NCBI GenBank assembly: GCA_965222095.1
Contig: CBDCTD010000001.1
Coordinates: forward strand, 665,452 to 729,451
DNA length: 64,000 bases
Direction of reading: 5' to 3'
From: Bryobacterales bacterium
GTDB taxonomy: Bacteria > Acidobacteriota > Terriglobia > Bryobacterales > UBA6623
A program made the translations under genes and the position numbers. The notes under the pieces are model-generated. The model did no database searches. It was given only the letters and a program-made list of their open reading frames with translations, and was not told where the DNA came from. This document shows positions 8,100-16,720 of this stretch, in pieces. The first letter of the stretch is position 1, and each line of letters begins with the position of its first letter.

Positions 8100-9332
8100 T
8101 TAGCGGCGGCGTGCCTTTGTAGTGGCTTCGGCAAAGGCGCGGACGAACCCCTGGGCGTGCTCCATGTCGCGCGAAGGATGGATCGACAGACGGATGTACG
8201 GCCTGCCGCGATGCTCGCCGTAGCTTTGACCCCAGCCGCCCTCGACCAGCAACTGATGGACATCGGAGAGGTCGACCGTCGTTGAGGTGATCGCCACGAT
8301 CGAGATAAAGGGTGGGACGATCAGGTCGATGCCCGGGATCTCGGTCACGCCGGCCGCTATCGTTTTGGCAAGCTCCAGGACATGGGCCGTCGAGCGCCGG
8401 TAGCCCTCTCGGCCTAGGTGCTTCATGACCGCCCAGGCGGATGCGGCTCGGCTGCCCGGCTTCGTGGACGAAGTTGTATGGATGAAGGTCAAATCGGTGG
8501 GGATCGCGTCGAACATGTCGGGCTCGCGCACCAGGAAGAACCCGGTCGCGATCGGCATCAGGCCGAGCTTGTGGCCGTCGGTCATCATCGAAGACACGCC
8601 GGGCAGCGAGAAATCAAACGGCTCGATCGGATGGCCGAGGTCGCGCATGAAGGGAAGGATGAACCCGCCGAAGGCGGCGTCGACGTGCAGCCACAGCCCC
8701 TTGCGGTAGGCGAGATCGGCGAAGGCCTCGACCGGATCGACCACGCCGAAGCTGCCGCCCGGGGCGGAACAAACCAGCCCGACCGTGCGCGGCGTGATCG
8801 CCTTCTCGACATCTTCGATGTGAGGTTGATGGGTATCGTCGTCGACATCGACCTCGACGAGGCGGATCCCCATCAGCTCCGAACCAAGCCGGAAGCTGAA
8901 ATGCATGGAAACCGGCGCAATGATCTCAGGCTCTGCCTGCCCGCCGCGGTTCCGAGCCAGCCGCATCGAGGCGAGGTTGGACTCCGTCCCCCCGGTGGTG
9001 ACAAACCCGGCGGCGGACGGCCGGCCGAGCAGCGACGCCATCATCCGCACGGCCTCGCGCTCGATCGCCAGGGTGCCGGGCTGCTGTTCCGCCGCCCACT
9101 CGACGAAGTAAGTGCCGCGCATCATCTCGTCGAGCTGGTGCGTTACGGGGTGCGGCATGCCGGAGTACGAGTTGCCGAAGTCCTGCTGGAGTGGGTATGG
9201 ATTCTGCCCGGCCAGGGCCCGGACCGCCGCGATAACCTCCGCCTCCGGCATGCCGGTATCAGGGAAGGGTGTTATGGGACCCGTAGTGAGCGGCATCCGG
9301 CCCGCGGGCTTGTCGAATTCGGCGGTCGCCAC
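8100..9332 (-). CDS. Group II PLP-dependent decarboxylase, MfnA/tyrosine-aspartate decarboxylase-like
   Basis: TTGGTESN, HFSF, LHVDAAFGG, TDGHK (PLP lysine), KPGSRAASAWAVMKHLGREGY; GTG start with AGGAG RBS. Confidence 0.88.
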   Translation of the reverse strand: MATAEFDKPAGRMPLTTGPITPFPDTGMPEAEVIAAVRALAGQNPYPLQQDFGNSYSGMPHPVTHQLDEMMRGTYFVEWAAEQQPGTLAIEREAVRMMASLLGRPSAAGFVTTGGTESNLASMRLARNRGGQAEPEIIAPVSMHFSFRLGSELMGIRLVEVDVDDDTHQPHIEDVEKAITPRTVGLVCSAPGGSFGVVDPVEAFADLAYRKGLWLHVDAAFGGFILPFMRDLGHPIEPFDFSLPGVSSMMTDGHKLGLMPIATGFFLVREPDMFDAIPTDLTFIHTTSSTKPGSRAASAWAVMKHLGREGYRRSTAHVLELAKTIAAGVTEIPGIDLIVPPFISIVAITSTTVDLSDVHQLLVEGGWGQSYGEHRGRPYIRLSIHPSRDMEHAQGFVRAFAEATTKARRR

Positions 9333-9419
9333 CGTGTGATCGCTCCTGTAACCCAGCGCAGGGTGCGAGTCAGTGCCAGGGCAAGCCTGTCAGCTCGTCC
9401 CTGCGTCACTTACGCTGGT

Positions 9420-9434
9420 TGAACATCATGTTCA
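9420..9434. promoter_or_regulatory. Perfect 15-bp palindrome TGAACAT-C-ATGTTCA, candidate operator
   Basis: Between divergent decarboxylase and YkvI-like genes; operator role is inference. Confidence 0.45.
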
Positions 9435-9687
9435 TCTTACTGGTCGTTATTGTAAACAGTTCCGGTGGGGAACACGACGCGAACTTATCTCCGTGCCGAA
9501 CAATGGACATACGTAGATGTTGCAGCATGCTTTCAACCGCTGGGTTGTCGCGCCGGACAGGAGTCTCTATGTTCTTACTGTGGTAGGGGAGCGAAACGTT
9601 GTAGACTCACGTCTTCGTCTGCTGGTCCAGCGAGGGCGAAGATCTCGTCAACCCACTAGGGCCGGCGTCAACTTTTGAGGAAGTCCT

Positions 9688-10794
9688 ATGTTCGAGTCTC
9701 CCCGATTTAAGAAGTACTTCCTTCCGGGTTTCGTCTTTCAGTCGATGGTCATAGGCGGGGGTTACGGCACGGGACGCGAGCTGGTCGAGTTCTTCCTGCA
9801 ATACGGCCCGCTGGGCGGGCTGTTGGGGATGCTCTTCGTTTCCACGGTGATCTGGTGCGCCGTGTGCGCCGTGACATTTGAATTGGCGCGTACGACCCAC
9901 TCTTATGACTACCGCACCTTCGCGCAGCAGTTGCTAGGTCGGGGGTGGGTTCTTTTCGAAGTCTGCTTTCTGGTCATGATGCTTCTCGGGCTGGCGGTCA
10001 TCGCCGCGGCGGGCGGAAGCATCGTCGAGGAGACCCTCTCGCTTCCCTACTACGCGGGTGTCATTGGCATGATGGCTGGTGTCGGCTTTCTCGTCTTCCA
10101 GGGCACCCCGCTCATCGAAAAATTCTTCTCGATGTGGTCTTTTGTCCTATACGTCGTCTACTTCGTTTTCTTCGTTTGGAGTCTGTCCCAGTTGGGCGGC
10201 GGGGGCGTCTCCGGCCTAGTCGCGGAGGAAGTCAAACCAGGGTGGTTCGTGTCGGGGATCAAGTACGCTGCCTATAACTTGGTGATCATTCCTGCCCTCC
10301 TGTTTTGTGTTCGGCACCAACAGACTCGAAAGGAAGCCATCAGCGCGGGGTTGCTGGCAGGACCGATCGGAATCATCCCCGGTTTCTTCTTTTACCTCGC
10401 CATGGTGAGTCAACATCCGGGGATATTGGAGCACACGGTTCCGGTCAATCACGTGCTGGAAGTCCTCGGATCGAGGCTTTTCCAGTTCACCTTCCAGATC
10501 GTACTGCTAGGCACGCTCGTCGAGTCCGGCACCGGGTTGATCCATGCGTTCAACGAAAGGATCGCGGGTGCCTACGGTGAGCGAAGGCTTCAGATGGTCC
10601 CGTACTTGCGTCCCTTGGTCGCCGTGCTGTTGTTGGCGGTTGCCTCGGGGCTTGCCCGATTCGGCCTGATCAACCTAGTTGCGCAGGGCTATGGAACGGC
10701 CACGTGGGGCGTCCTGCTGGTTTATGTGGTGCCGGTGCTGACCCTAGGAGTACGGAAGATCATCAAGACTAAGGAACTGCCCCTACAAAGGTGA
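9688..10794 (+). CDS. YkvI-like membrane protein (APC-superfamily-like permease)
   Basis: VIGGGYGTGRELVEFF motif, about ten hydrophobic segments, GTLVESGTG. Confidence 0.8.
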   Translation: MFESPRFKKYFLPGFVFQSMVIGGGYGTGRELVEFFLQYGPLGGLLGMLFVSTVIWCAVCAVTFELARTTHSYDYRTFAQQLLGRGWVLFEVCFLVMMLLGLAVIAAAGGSIVEETLSLPYYAGVIGMMAGVGFLVFQGTPLIEKFFSMWSFVLYVVYFVFFVWSLSQLGGGGVSGLVAEEVKPGWFVSGIKYAAYNLVIIPALLFCVRHQQTRKEAISAGLLAGPIGIIPGFFFYLAMVSQHPGILEHTVPVNHVLEVLGSRLFQFTFQIVLLGTLVESGTGLIHAFNERIAGAYGERRLQMVPYLRPLVAVLLLAVASGLARFGLINLVAQGYGTATWGVLLVYVVPVLTLGVRKIIKTKELPLQR

Positions 10795-10912
10795 GGGGAA
10801 GCCAGCGGGCTGTCGAAAACCCGGTTCGCTTCCGGGGCAGGTCAGCTCTTTCACGCAAACGGTTCAGCTTAGCTGGGCCGGTGTCGGTTCCTGATTAAAG
10901 CCAGCCCTCCGC

Positions 10913-11884
10913 TTAGCGGAAGTATAAGACAGCGGGAACGATCCAGTAGTCTTTCTCAGAGCAAAGCCCGCACTTCATGTCGTAGTCCGGCTGCGCAGCG
11001 AGCACAATCTCGGGGATCTTAGTCTGATCGTCTTCGAGGTGGTATCCGGCGAGTGCTAGGCGCGGCTTGAGTTTGGCGAGGGTATTTCGCGCACCCACCA
11101 GCGCCTTCTGTTCCGCACCCTCGATATCCATCTTGATGAAGTCGACTCGCTCGAGTTCTAGCTCTTCGACGATCCTATCGATGGTCGTGAGTGGGACTTG
11201 GGTTCCCAGATCGTGTTCTTCATGGGTGTGCATGACCCGGCTTAGTGCGGAGTCGTCGTCGGAGTAGAACGCCAACACTTCTTCTTTGTCCCAAACCCCT
11301 TTTTCGTAGACGATCACCCGGCCCGCCTCGATCTCGTCGGCCAGATTCCTCTTCAAAGCGACCAGAGTGCGGGGTGCGGGCTCGATGGCGACCACAAGGT
11401 CCGCACCGGCGGCCAGGGCTTCTCGGGCGAAGACCCCGACATGCGCTCCGCAGTCAAGAACAATGTCCCCAGGGCGGACGCTTGGGTTCGGCGGGTTGTA
11501 CATGTCGCCTTCATGCTTGGCGGCGACCCAGATCATCGTCTCGGCTGCTCCGGAAGGCACCCAGAACCGTCCCTTCGGAGTTTCCCAAAGCTCGAAACCC
11601 TCGGAATCCTCCTCGATGACGCGGCTCGCGCTTGTCACACGATCAATACGGTCGTAATGCTGGCGCACCGTTTCGTGAGAGTTCATCGCTTGGCGGACCG
11701 AGCAGACCGGGCTGCGGCCGGCGGCAATGAGCGTCATGAGTCGAAACTTCGGCACGCGGTGGTAGACCGCGAATGCGACGGCGAAGACCATAACAGCAAC
11801 CGCCACAACGTCAAAGACCCGAGATTTCTTCCTCGGCTTCCGCGGTTGAGGGTCCAACTCAGCTCCTGCTAACTCATCGGCCAT
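10913..11884 (-). CDS. FkbM family SAM-dependent methyltransferase with N-terminal membrane anchor
   Basis: VLDCGAHVG, VAIEP, VDFIKMDIEGAE. Confidence 0.9.
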   Translation of the reverse strand: MADELAGAELDPQPRKPRKKSRVFDVVAVAVMVFAVAFAVYHRVPKFRLMTLIAAGRSPVCSVRQAMNSHETVRQHYDRIDRVTSASRVIEEDSEGFELWETPKGRFWVPSGAAETMIWVAAKHEGDMYNPPNPSVRPGDIVLDCGAHVGVFAREALAAGADLVVAIEPAPRTLVALKRNLADEIEAGRVIVYEKGVWDKEEVLAFYSDDDSALSRVMHTHEEHDLGTQVPLTTIDRIVEELELERVDFIKMDIEGAEQKALVGARNTLAKLKPRLALAGYHLEDDQTKIPEIVLAAQPDYDMKCGLCSEKDYWIVPAVLYFR

Positions 11885-12110
11885 TGCACACTTTCCCCTT
11901 TTTCCGGAAATTCAACTCAGGCACTCACAACCGACCCCCCGACAATCTTGGAACTCACACCTCACCGGTGACCGGGCAGTTCATTACTACCTCTCAGTGT
12001 GCGGACCCTTCAGCCGACCCTAGAATTGGCACAATCCCGTAGGGAATCCCGGTAATGTCACCTATCCTACAACGTGGTGAACCCCAGGCTTTTGTGCAAT
12101 TCCAGCCACC

Positions 12111-12137
12111 TAACCCAATTAAGTCTCGCACGTCTAA
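12111..12137 (+). promoter_or_regulatory. Candidate ECF-type autoregulatory promoter TAAC-N16-CGTCTAA
   Basis: AAC at 12112-14 and CGT at 12131-33, 16 nt apart, just upstream of the sigma gene; fits the general ECF AAC/CGT consensus. Confidence 0.55.
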
Positions 12138-12157
12138 ACTATTTGCAGGCAGCGACG

Positions 12158-12772
12158 GTGGAGACTCTTAGTGCGGCGAGCCGCCCCCAAGCGGCTCACA
12201 TCAGCGAGACCGCTCTGATTCGGGCCGCGCAGGATCGGGACCATAATGCTTTCGAGCAGCTCGTACGGCTGCACGACCGAAACGTCTTGCGCGTCACCAT
12301 GAATCTGCTGCGGTCGAAGGAAGACGCCCGGGACGCTTACCAAGAAACATTCCTCAGGGCCTATCGTCGTCTTGACACCTTTCGGTTCCAGTGCGCCTTC
12401 GGGACCTGGCTCTACCGCATCGCCAGCAACGTCTGCCTCGACCTGCTACGTCGCAAGAACGTGCGCCGCGAGCACATGATGAGTAATGAGGCTCCGGGTG
12501 ATGGTCCCGGCCCCCTCGAGAAGGCGCGTGACGAGCACCCCGAGAGTGACCCGGCTCGCGTAGTGGCCGGCCACGAACTCGCCGATCACATCGACCGCGC
12601 CATCGAGACCCTTTCGCCCAAGGAACGCGCGGTGTTCGAGCTGAAGCACTACGAGGGCCTGCGGCTGCGCGCCATCGGCGAGATTCTAGAGATCAGCGAA
12701 GAAGCTGCCAAGAACTGCCTGTTTCGCGCTACCCGTAAGCTGCGCAGGGCACTAGGAGAAACCATGGCATGA
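12158..12772 (+). CDS. ECF sigma factor (sigma-70 family)
   Basis: DARDAYQETFLRAYRRL..F...TWLYRIASNVCLD; LSPKERAVFELKHYEGL; GTG 12158 chosen because it follows the candidate promoter. Confidence 0.9.
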   Translation: METLSAASRPQAAHISETALIRAAQDRDHNAFEQLVRLHDRNVLRVTMNLLRSKEDARDAYQETFLRAYRRLDTFRFQCAFGTWLYRIASNVCLDLLRRKNVRREHMMSNEAPGDGPGPLEKARDEHPESDPARVVAGHELADHIDRAIETLSPKERAVFELKHYEGLRLRAIGEILEISEEAAKNCLFRATRKLRRALGETMA

Positions 12773-13722
12773 ACTGCGAAAAAGTCAAAGACAACCTCCT
12801 CCTTTACCTCTACAACGAATTGGAAGAGCGGGAGCACGAAGCCCTCCAGGAGCATCTGGAGTCGTGCCCGAGCTGCTCCCGCGTTCTGGAACAGGAGCGC
12901 CGCCTTCTGGGCTGTCTGGATCAGCGGCGCTCAGCGGACCCTTCCGACGCCATGCTGGCCGAGTGCCGTCATGATCTGATGCGAAGCGTCTACCAGCAGC
13001 AGGAAGATATATCTCGCGGTGCAGGTTGGCTGCCGGCGTGGGCAGACCTCTTACGCGTGTTTGGTTCGACTCCCAGGGCGTGGCAACCCGTGGCCGCCCT
13101 CATACTCATAGCCGTGGGATTCTATTTTGGGAGAGCGAGTGTCGACGCTCCCGTCGGAGAGGCATATCGGTCAGATAGTCGGTCAGCGTCGCTGATTCCT
13201 TTGGAAACGTCCGTGGGAGAGATTCAATCGGTAGAACTGAACCCCGACGGTGGAAGGGTAGAGATCATCCTGGAGGAAACTACTCGCCGAACCGTTTCCG
13301 GGGCGCCACAAGACCCCCACATCCGCCGCTTGCTCATCTCGACAGTGCGGAACTACCCCAACTCCGGCGTGCGTCTGGAGACCCTCGACGCACTGCGACA
13401 CAGGGTCGACGACCGCGAAGTGCGCACGGCCCTGCGGGAAGCCATGGTCCGCGACCGCAACCCGGGAGTACGCCTCAAGGCCTTTGAGGCGCTCCGAGTC
13501 CATCACGCCGAACCCGATATCCGCCAGGCCTTAAAGCAGGTGCTTCGGCATGACGAGACTCCCGGGATGCGGATACAGGTAATCGACTCGCTTAGCCAGA
13601 TACCCGACCGGGAGTTGATCGGTCTGCTGCAGGAATTAGTGGAGAGCGACCAAAACGATTACGTGCGACTAAAGTGTCGCAGAACGCTGCGTGAGCTCAA
13701 CGCTTCGGAGGATCGCTTTTGA
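12769..13722 (+). CDS. Zinc-finger anti-sigma factor with C-terminal HEAT repeats
   Basis: HLESCPSC (HxxxCxxC), one TM segment, DxNPGVRLKA HEAT repeats; ATGA overlap with the sigma gene. Confidence 0.85.
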   Translation: MNCEKVKDNLLLYLYNELEEREHEALQEHLESCPSCSRVLEQERRLLGCLDQRRSADPSDAMLAECRHDLMRSVYQQQEDISRGAGWLPAWADLLRVFGSTPRAWQPVAALILIAVGFYFGRASVDAPVGEAYRSDSRSASLIPLETSVGEIQSVELNPDGGRVEIILEETTRRTVSGAPQDPHIRRLLISTVRNYPNSGVRLETLDALRHRVDDREVRTALREAMVRDRNPGVRLKAFEALRVHHAEPDIRQALKQVLRHDETPGMRIQVIDSLSQIPDRELIGLLQELVESDQNDYVRLKCRRTLRELNASEDRF

Positions 13723-13742
13723 TGCGACGGGGATCGCCTATC

Positions 13743-13777
13743 GCCTTCCGAGCCGCGACCGTGAGGGAGCGGTCCAG
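13743..13777. repeat. REP-type repeat, copy 2 of 6803-6837
   Basis: 35-bp exact match; intergenic inside the ECF operon. Confidence 0.85.
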
Positions 13778-13850
13778 GGATTGCTTGCCTATGACCCATT
13801 GTAAATTCATGCAACCAAGCACTAGGCCAAGGGGCAAGAAGGCCCCAGGC

Positions 13851-15050
13851 GTGAACACTGCGCACCAACTCGTGTGGACCTTGGCTTCAGTGGCGCTGGC
13901 GCAGGCACTGCCGGCGCAGACGGTCAGCCCAGTGGAAAAGCAGGGCCGTTACTGGGTCCAAACCGAAGAGGGTTCCCTGCCGGCTGGAACACGGCTCCGT
14001 GTCAGCTTAACGGGCCACATCACCGTTACGGGGGGTGAATGGAAAAAGGTTGGCTACAAGCTGGTCAAGAAGCTCCGAGCAAGGAGCCGGCATGAGGCCG
14101 CGCAGTTATTGGGTTCGGCTCGTGTGAAGGCTGCGCTACAGGGTGACACAGCGGTTGTGAGTGTGATCGCTCCCAACTGTTATCAGTGCAATTTCACCGC
14201 CAGTGCGTTGATTTCCGTTCCTGCCTCGACGCTACAAACCAGCTTAGAAAGTGGAGGCGCGCTCAAGGTGACGGGCGTGGCCGGGAGCGTTAAAGCTGAA
14301 ACCGCCGGCGGAGCGATCGAAATGGAAGATATCGGCGGAGATGTACATGCCGCAACGGCCGGGGGCTTCATTCGTCTCGGTTCGGTGGGGGGCGACGTCC
14401 GCTGCGAAACTGCGGGAGGCTTCATCGAACTGGCAAAGGCCGGAGGCGCTGCAATCCTTACAACCAGTGGCGGCGGCATTCGAGCCGGAGAAGTCAAAGG
14501 GACGCTGCACGCCGAGACGCTGGCGGGGAATATCCACGCGCAAAAGGTTGGCGGCAACGTCGTAGCCGGAACCTCCGGGGGCTCGATTGAGATCGGCCAG
14601 GTCTCCGGATCGGTAAGCGCCGATACCGCCGGAGGCTCTATCAAGATCGGTTCGGCTCCTTCCGGCGTGCGGGTCGAAACCGGTAACGGCAACATACGTC
14701 TCTACGACGTAGCGGGAGCTGTCCGAGCGGCGACCGCCGCCGGCAGTATTCAAGCTCATTTTCTGGGCGGACGACCGTTGAAGGAGTGCCAGCTGGAAAC
14801 TCTCGGTGGCAGGATCGTCGTGTTTCTTCCAGAATCCCTGGCCGTAACGGTCGAAGCTACCGTTGATCTTGCGAATCAACTAAACCGCATCGTCAGCGAA
14901 TTCAGCGGTATAGCTGTGCAGCGAGCTGGGGACGGCTATGGTCCCGGCGTAGTCCGCGCAGCTGGAAATCTTAATGGTGGCGGTCCCTTGCTCAGCATCC
15001 AAAACACAGGCGGCAGGATTCAGATCCGCAGACGACAGCCGCCAAAGTAA
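13851..15050 (+). CDS. DUF4097-type beta-strand repeat secreted protein
   Basis: Signal-like N-terminus then many T(A/S)GGxI repeats; start uncertain. Confidence 0.8.
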   Translation: MNTAHQLVWTLASVALAQALPAQTVSPVEKQGRYWVQTEEGSLPAGTRLRVSLTGHITVTGGEWKKVGYKLVKKLRARSRHEAAQLLGSARVKAALQGDTAVVSVIAPNCYQCNFTASALISVPASTLQTSLESGGALKVTGVAGSVKAETAGGAIEMEDIGGDVHAATAGGFIRLGSVGGDVRCETAGGFIELAKAGGAAILTTSGGGIRAGEVKGTLHAETLAGNIHAQKVGGNVVAGTSGGSIEIGQVSGSVSADTAGGSIKIGSAPSGVRVETGNGNIRLYDVAGAVRAATAAGSIQAHFLGGRPLKECQLETLGGRIVVFLPESLAVTVEATVDLANQLNRIVSEFSGIAVQRAGDGYGPGVVRAAGNLNGGGPLLSIQNTGGRIQIRRRQPPK

Positions 15051-15100
15051 GTGTTGGGGATGGGGCAAGGACCAAAGACTTGATTAGGAGGTACAAGATC

Positions 15101-15997
15101 ATGCGAATTCTGGCACTTCCTTTTTTTGCTTTGTTACTAACGCTCGGTTCACTACCGGGCCAGCCGGCACCCCAGCCTCCGCCGCCGCATGGCGGAGCAG
15201 GGGTCTTCTTTCACCAGGCCGTGGGATTAGGCGGAAGCTATCTGGGCGTCGGACTCCTCGAAATCAACGAAGACAGCGCCGCGGATCTCGGCACGGGAGA
15301 AGCGTATGGTGTCGAAATCAGCAACGTGGCCGCTGACAGCCCTGCCGAGCGTGCCGGGATAGAAAAGGGAGACGTTGTACTCGAATACGCCGGGCAGCAT
15401 GTAATGGGAGTCGAACATCTTGTGCGGCTTGTGAAAGAGACTCCTGTCGGACGCAAGGTGAAGCTAAAGGTGCTGCGGGAGGGGTCTGCACTCGATCTTC
15501 AGGCTACTATTGGCGAACGCAAGCACCGCCCTCCCTATCGGTCCTGGTTCTGCGATGAGGATGAGCCGGGCTGCGAGTTCCGTGTGCCAGGCTTCGACTG
15601 GGGATGGCGCGGCTTTGGCTTTGATCTGCCCCGTCCTCACATGGTGATGAGGAACCGTTTCCTTGGGGCGGAAGTGGAATCGGTCGAGGGACAACTCGCC
15701 GAGTACTTTGGTGTCGAAAAGGGACTACTGGTTCGTTCCGTGGAGCGAAACACGCCCGGGGAGCGGGCTCAACTCAAGGCGGGAGACATCATCGTCGCGC
15801 TCGATGGCAAGCCCGTCAGCGACTCGGGTGAACTGAGGGAAGCGATTCGCCGTGCAGATCGAGACGAGGCAATCGCCCTTGAAGTCATACGTGACCGGTC
15901 GAAGGTCACGCTGTCCATTGAACCCGACACGCGCCGCTCCGAGCGCCAGCGCGGCCATAGAAAGGACGTCCGCACGAAACGCACCGAGCGTTTGTAA
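15101..15997 (+). CDS. Secreted protein with two PDZ domains and no visible protease domain
   Basis: AGGAGG RBS, signal peptide, YLGV..SPAERAGI..GDVV and FLGA..TPGERAQLKAGDII. Confidence 0.85.
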   Translation: MRILALPFFALLLTLGSLPGQPAPQPPPPHGGAGVFFHQAVGLGGSYLGVGLLEINEDSAADLGTGEAYGVEISNVAADSPAERAGIEKGDVVLEYAGQHVMGVEHLVRLVKETPVGRKVKLKVLREGSALDLQATIGERKHRPPYRSWFCDEDEPGCEFRVPGFDWGWRGFGFDLPRPHMVMRNRFLGAEVESVEGQLAEYFGVEKGLLVRSVERNTPGERAQLKAGDIIVALDGKPVSDSGELREAIRRADRDEAIALEVIRDRSKVTLSIEPDTRRSERQRGHRKDVRTKRTERL

Positions 15998-16208
15998 AGA
16001 CTCCAACCCCCGTGGGGTGACACAGCCGCCCGCGAGCGCCACCTCTCCTACTGGGTAGGGACGCGGCATGCCGCGGGACCCCGTGCCCTCGGGGTTCTAG
16101 CCCCACCAGCGACGCAACCACCCTGAGGTAAGTCTCGGTCTCTCGCCCAACTAGCCGTTCCGGCACCCCCTTGCTGTGGGAAAATGGCCATCTCGAGGAT
16201 ACAAGCCG

Positions 16209-16580
16209 ATGACCCATGCCCCGAAGTTTTTACAGCTCGTCGAAGATGCCAAGTCGCGTATTCAAGAAACTACAGCGGACGAAGTAAGGAACGACCTCGA
16301 CGACGCTGCCGACTTCGTCCTAGTCGACACACGTGAAGAGTCGGAATGGACGGCTGGCCATGCAGCCGGCGCCATTCATCTCGGGAAGGGCGTCATCGAG
16401 CGCGACATCGAAAAGACGATACCGGACCCCTCGAAGAAGATCGTCCTTTATTGCGGAGGCGGTTTTCGCTCCGCGCTTGCCGCCGACGCACTCGAAAAGA
16501 TGGGCTACCGCAACGTGTATTCTTTAGCCGGTGGCTGGCGGGCATGGAAAGCGTCGGGGCTGCCAGTCGAGTCCGAGTAG
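16209..16580 (+). CDS. Rhodanese-like domain protein
   Basis: LVDTREESEW..GHAAGAIH, LYCGGGFRS, SLAGGWRAW. Confidence 0.92.
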   Translation: MTHAPKFLQLVEDAKSRIQETTADEVRNDLDDAADFVLVDTREESEWTAGHAAGAIHLGKGVIERDIEKTIPDPSKKIVLYCGGGFRSALAADALEKMGYRNVYSLAGGWRAWKASGLPVESE

Positions 16581-16720
16581 AGAGTGCGCTTTTACCTGGT
16601 GGTGTCGCTCGTCTGAGGGTTGCTTGGCTCCTGGCGGCCGACATTGTCAAGCTTGGCGCCGGCTCGCAACAAGCCTCTGCCGGTGTCTGTCTCGAGTTTG
16701 CCCGAGGCCGCATTCGAAAC

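Noticed and set aside
13719-13850. N-terminal extension of the DUF4097 ORF
   Set aside because: It translates the REP copy at 13743-13777 and intergenic sequence; a signal peptide begins after GTG 13851
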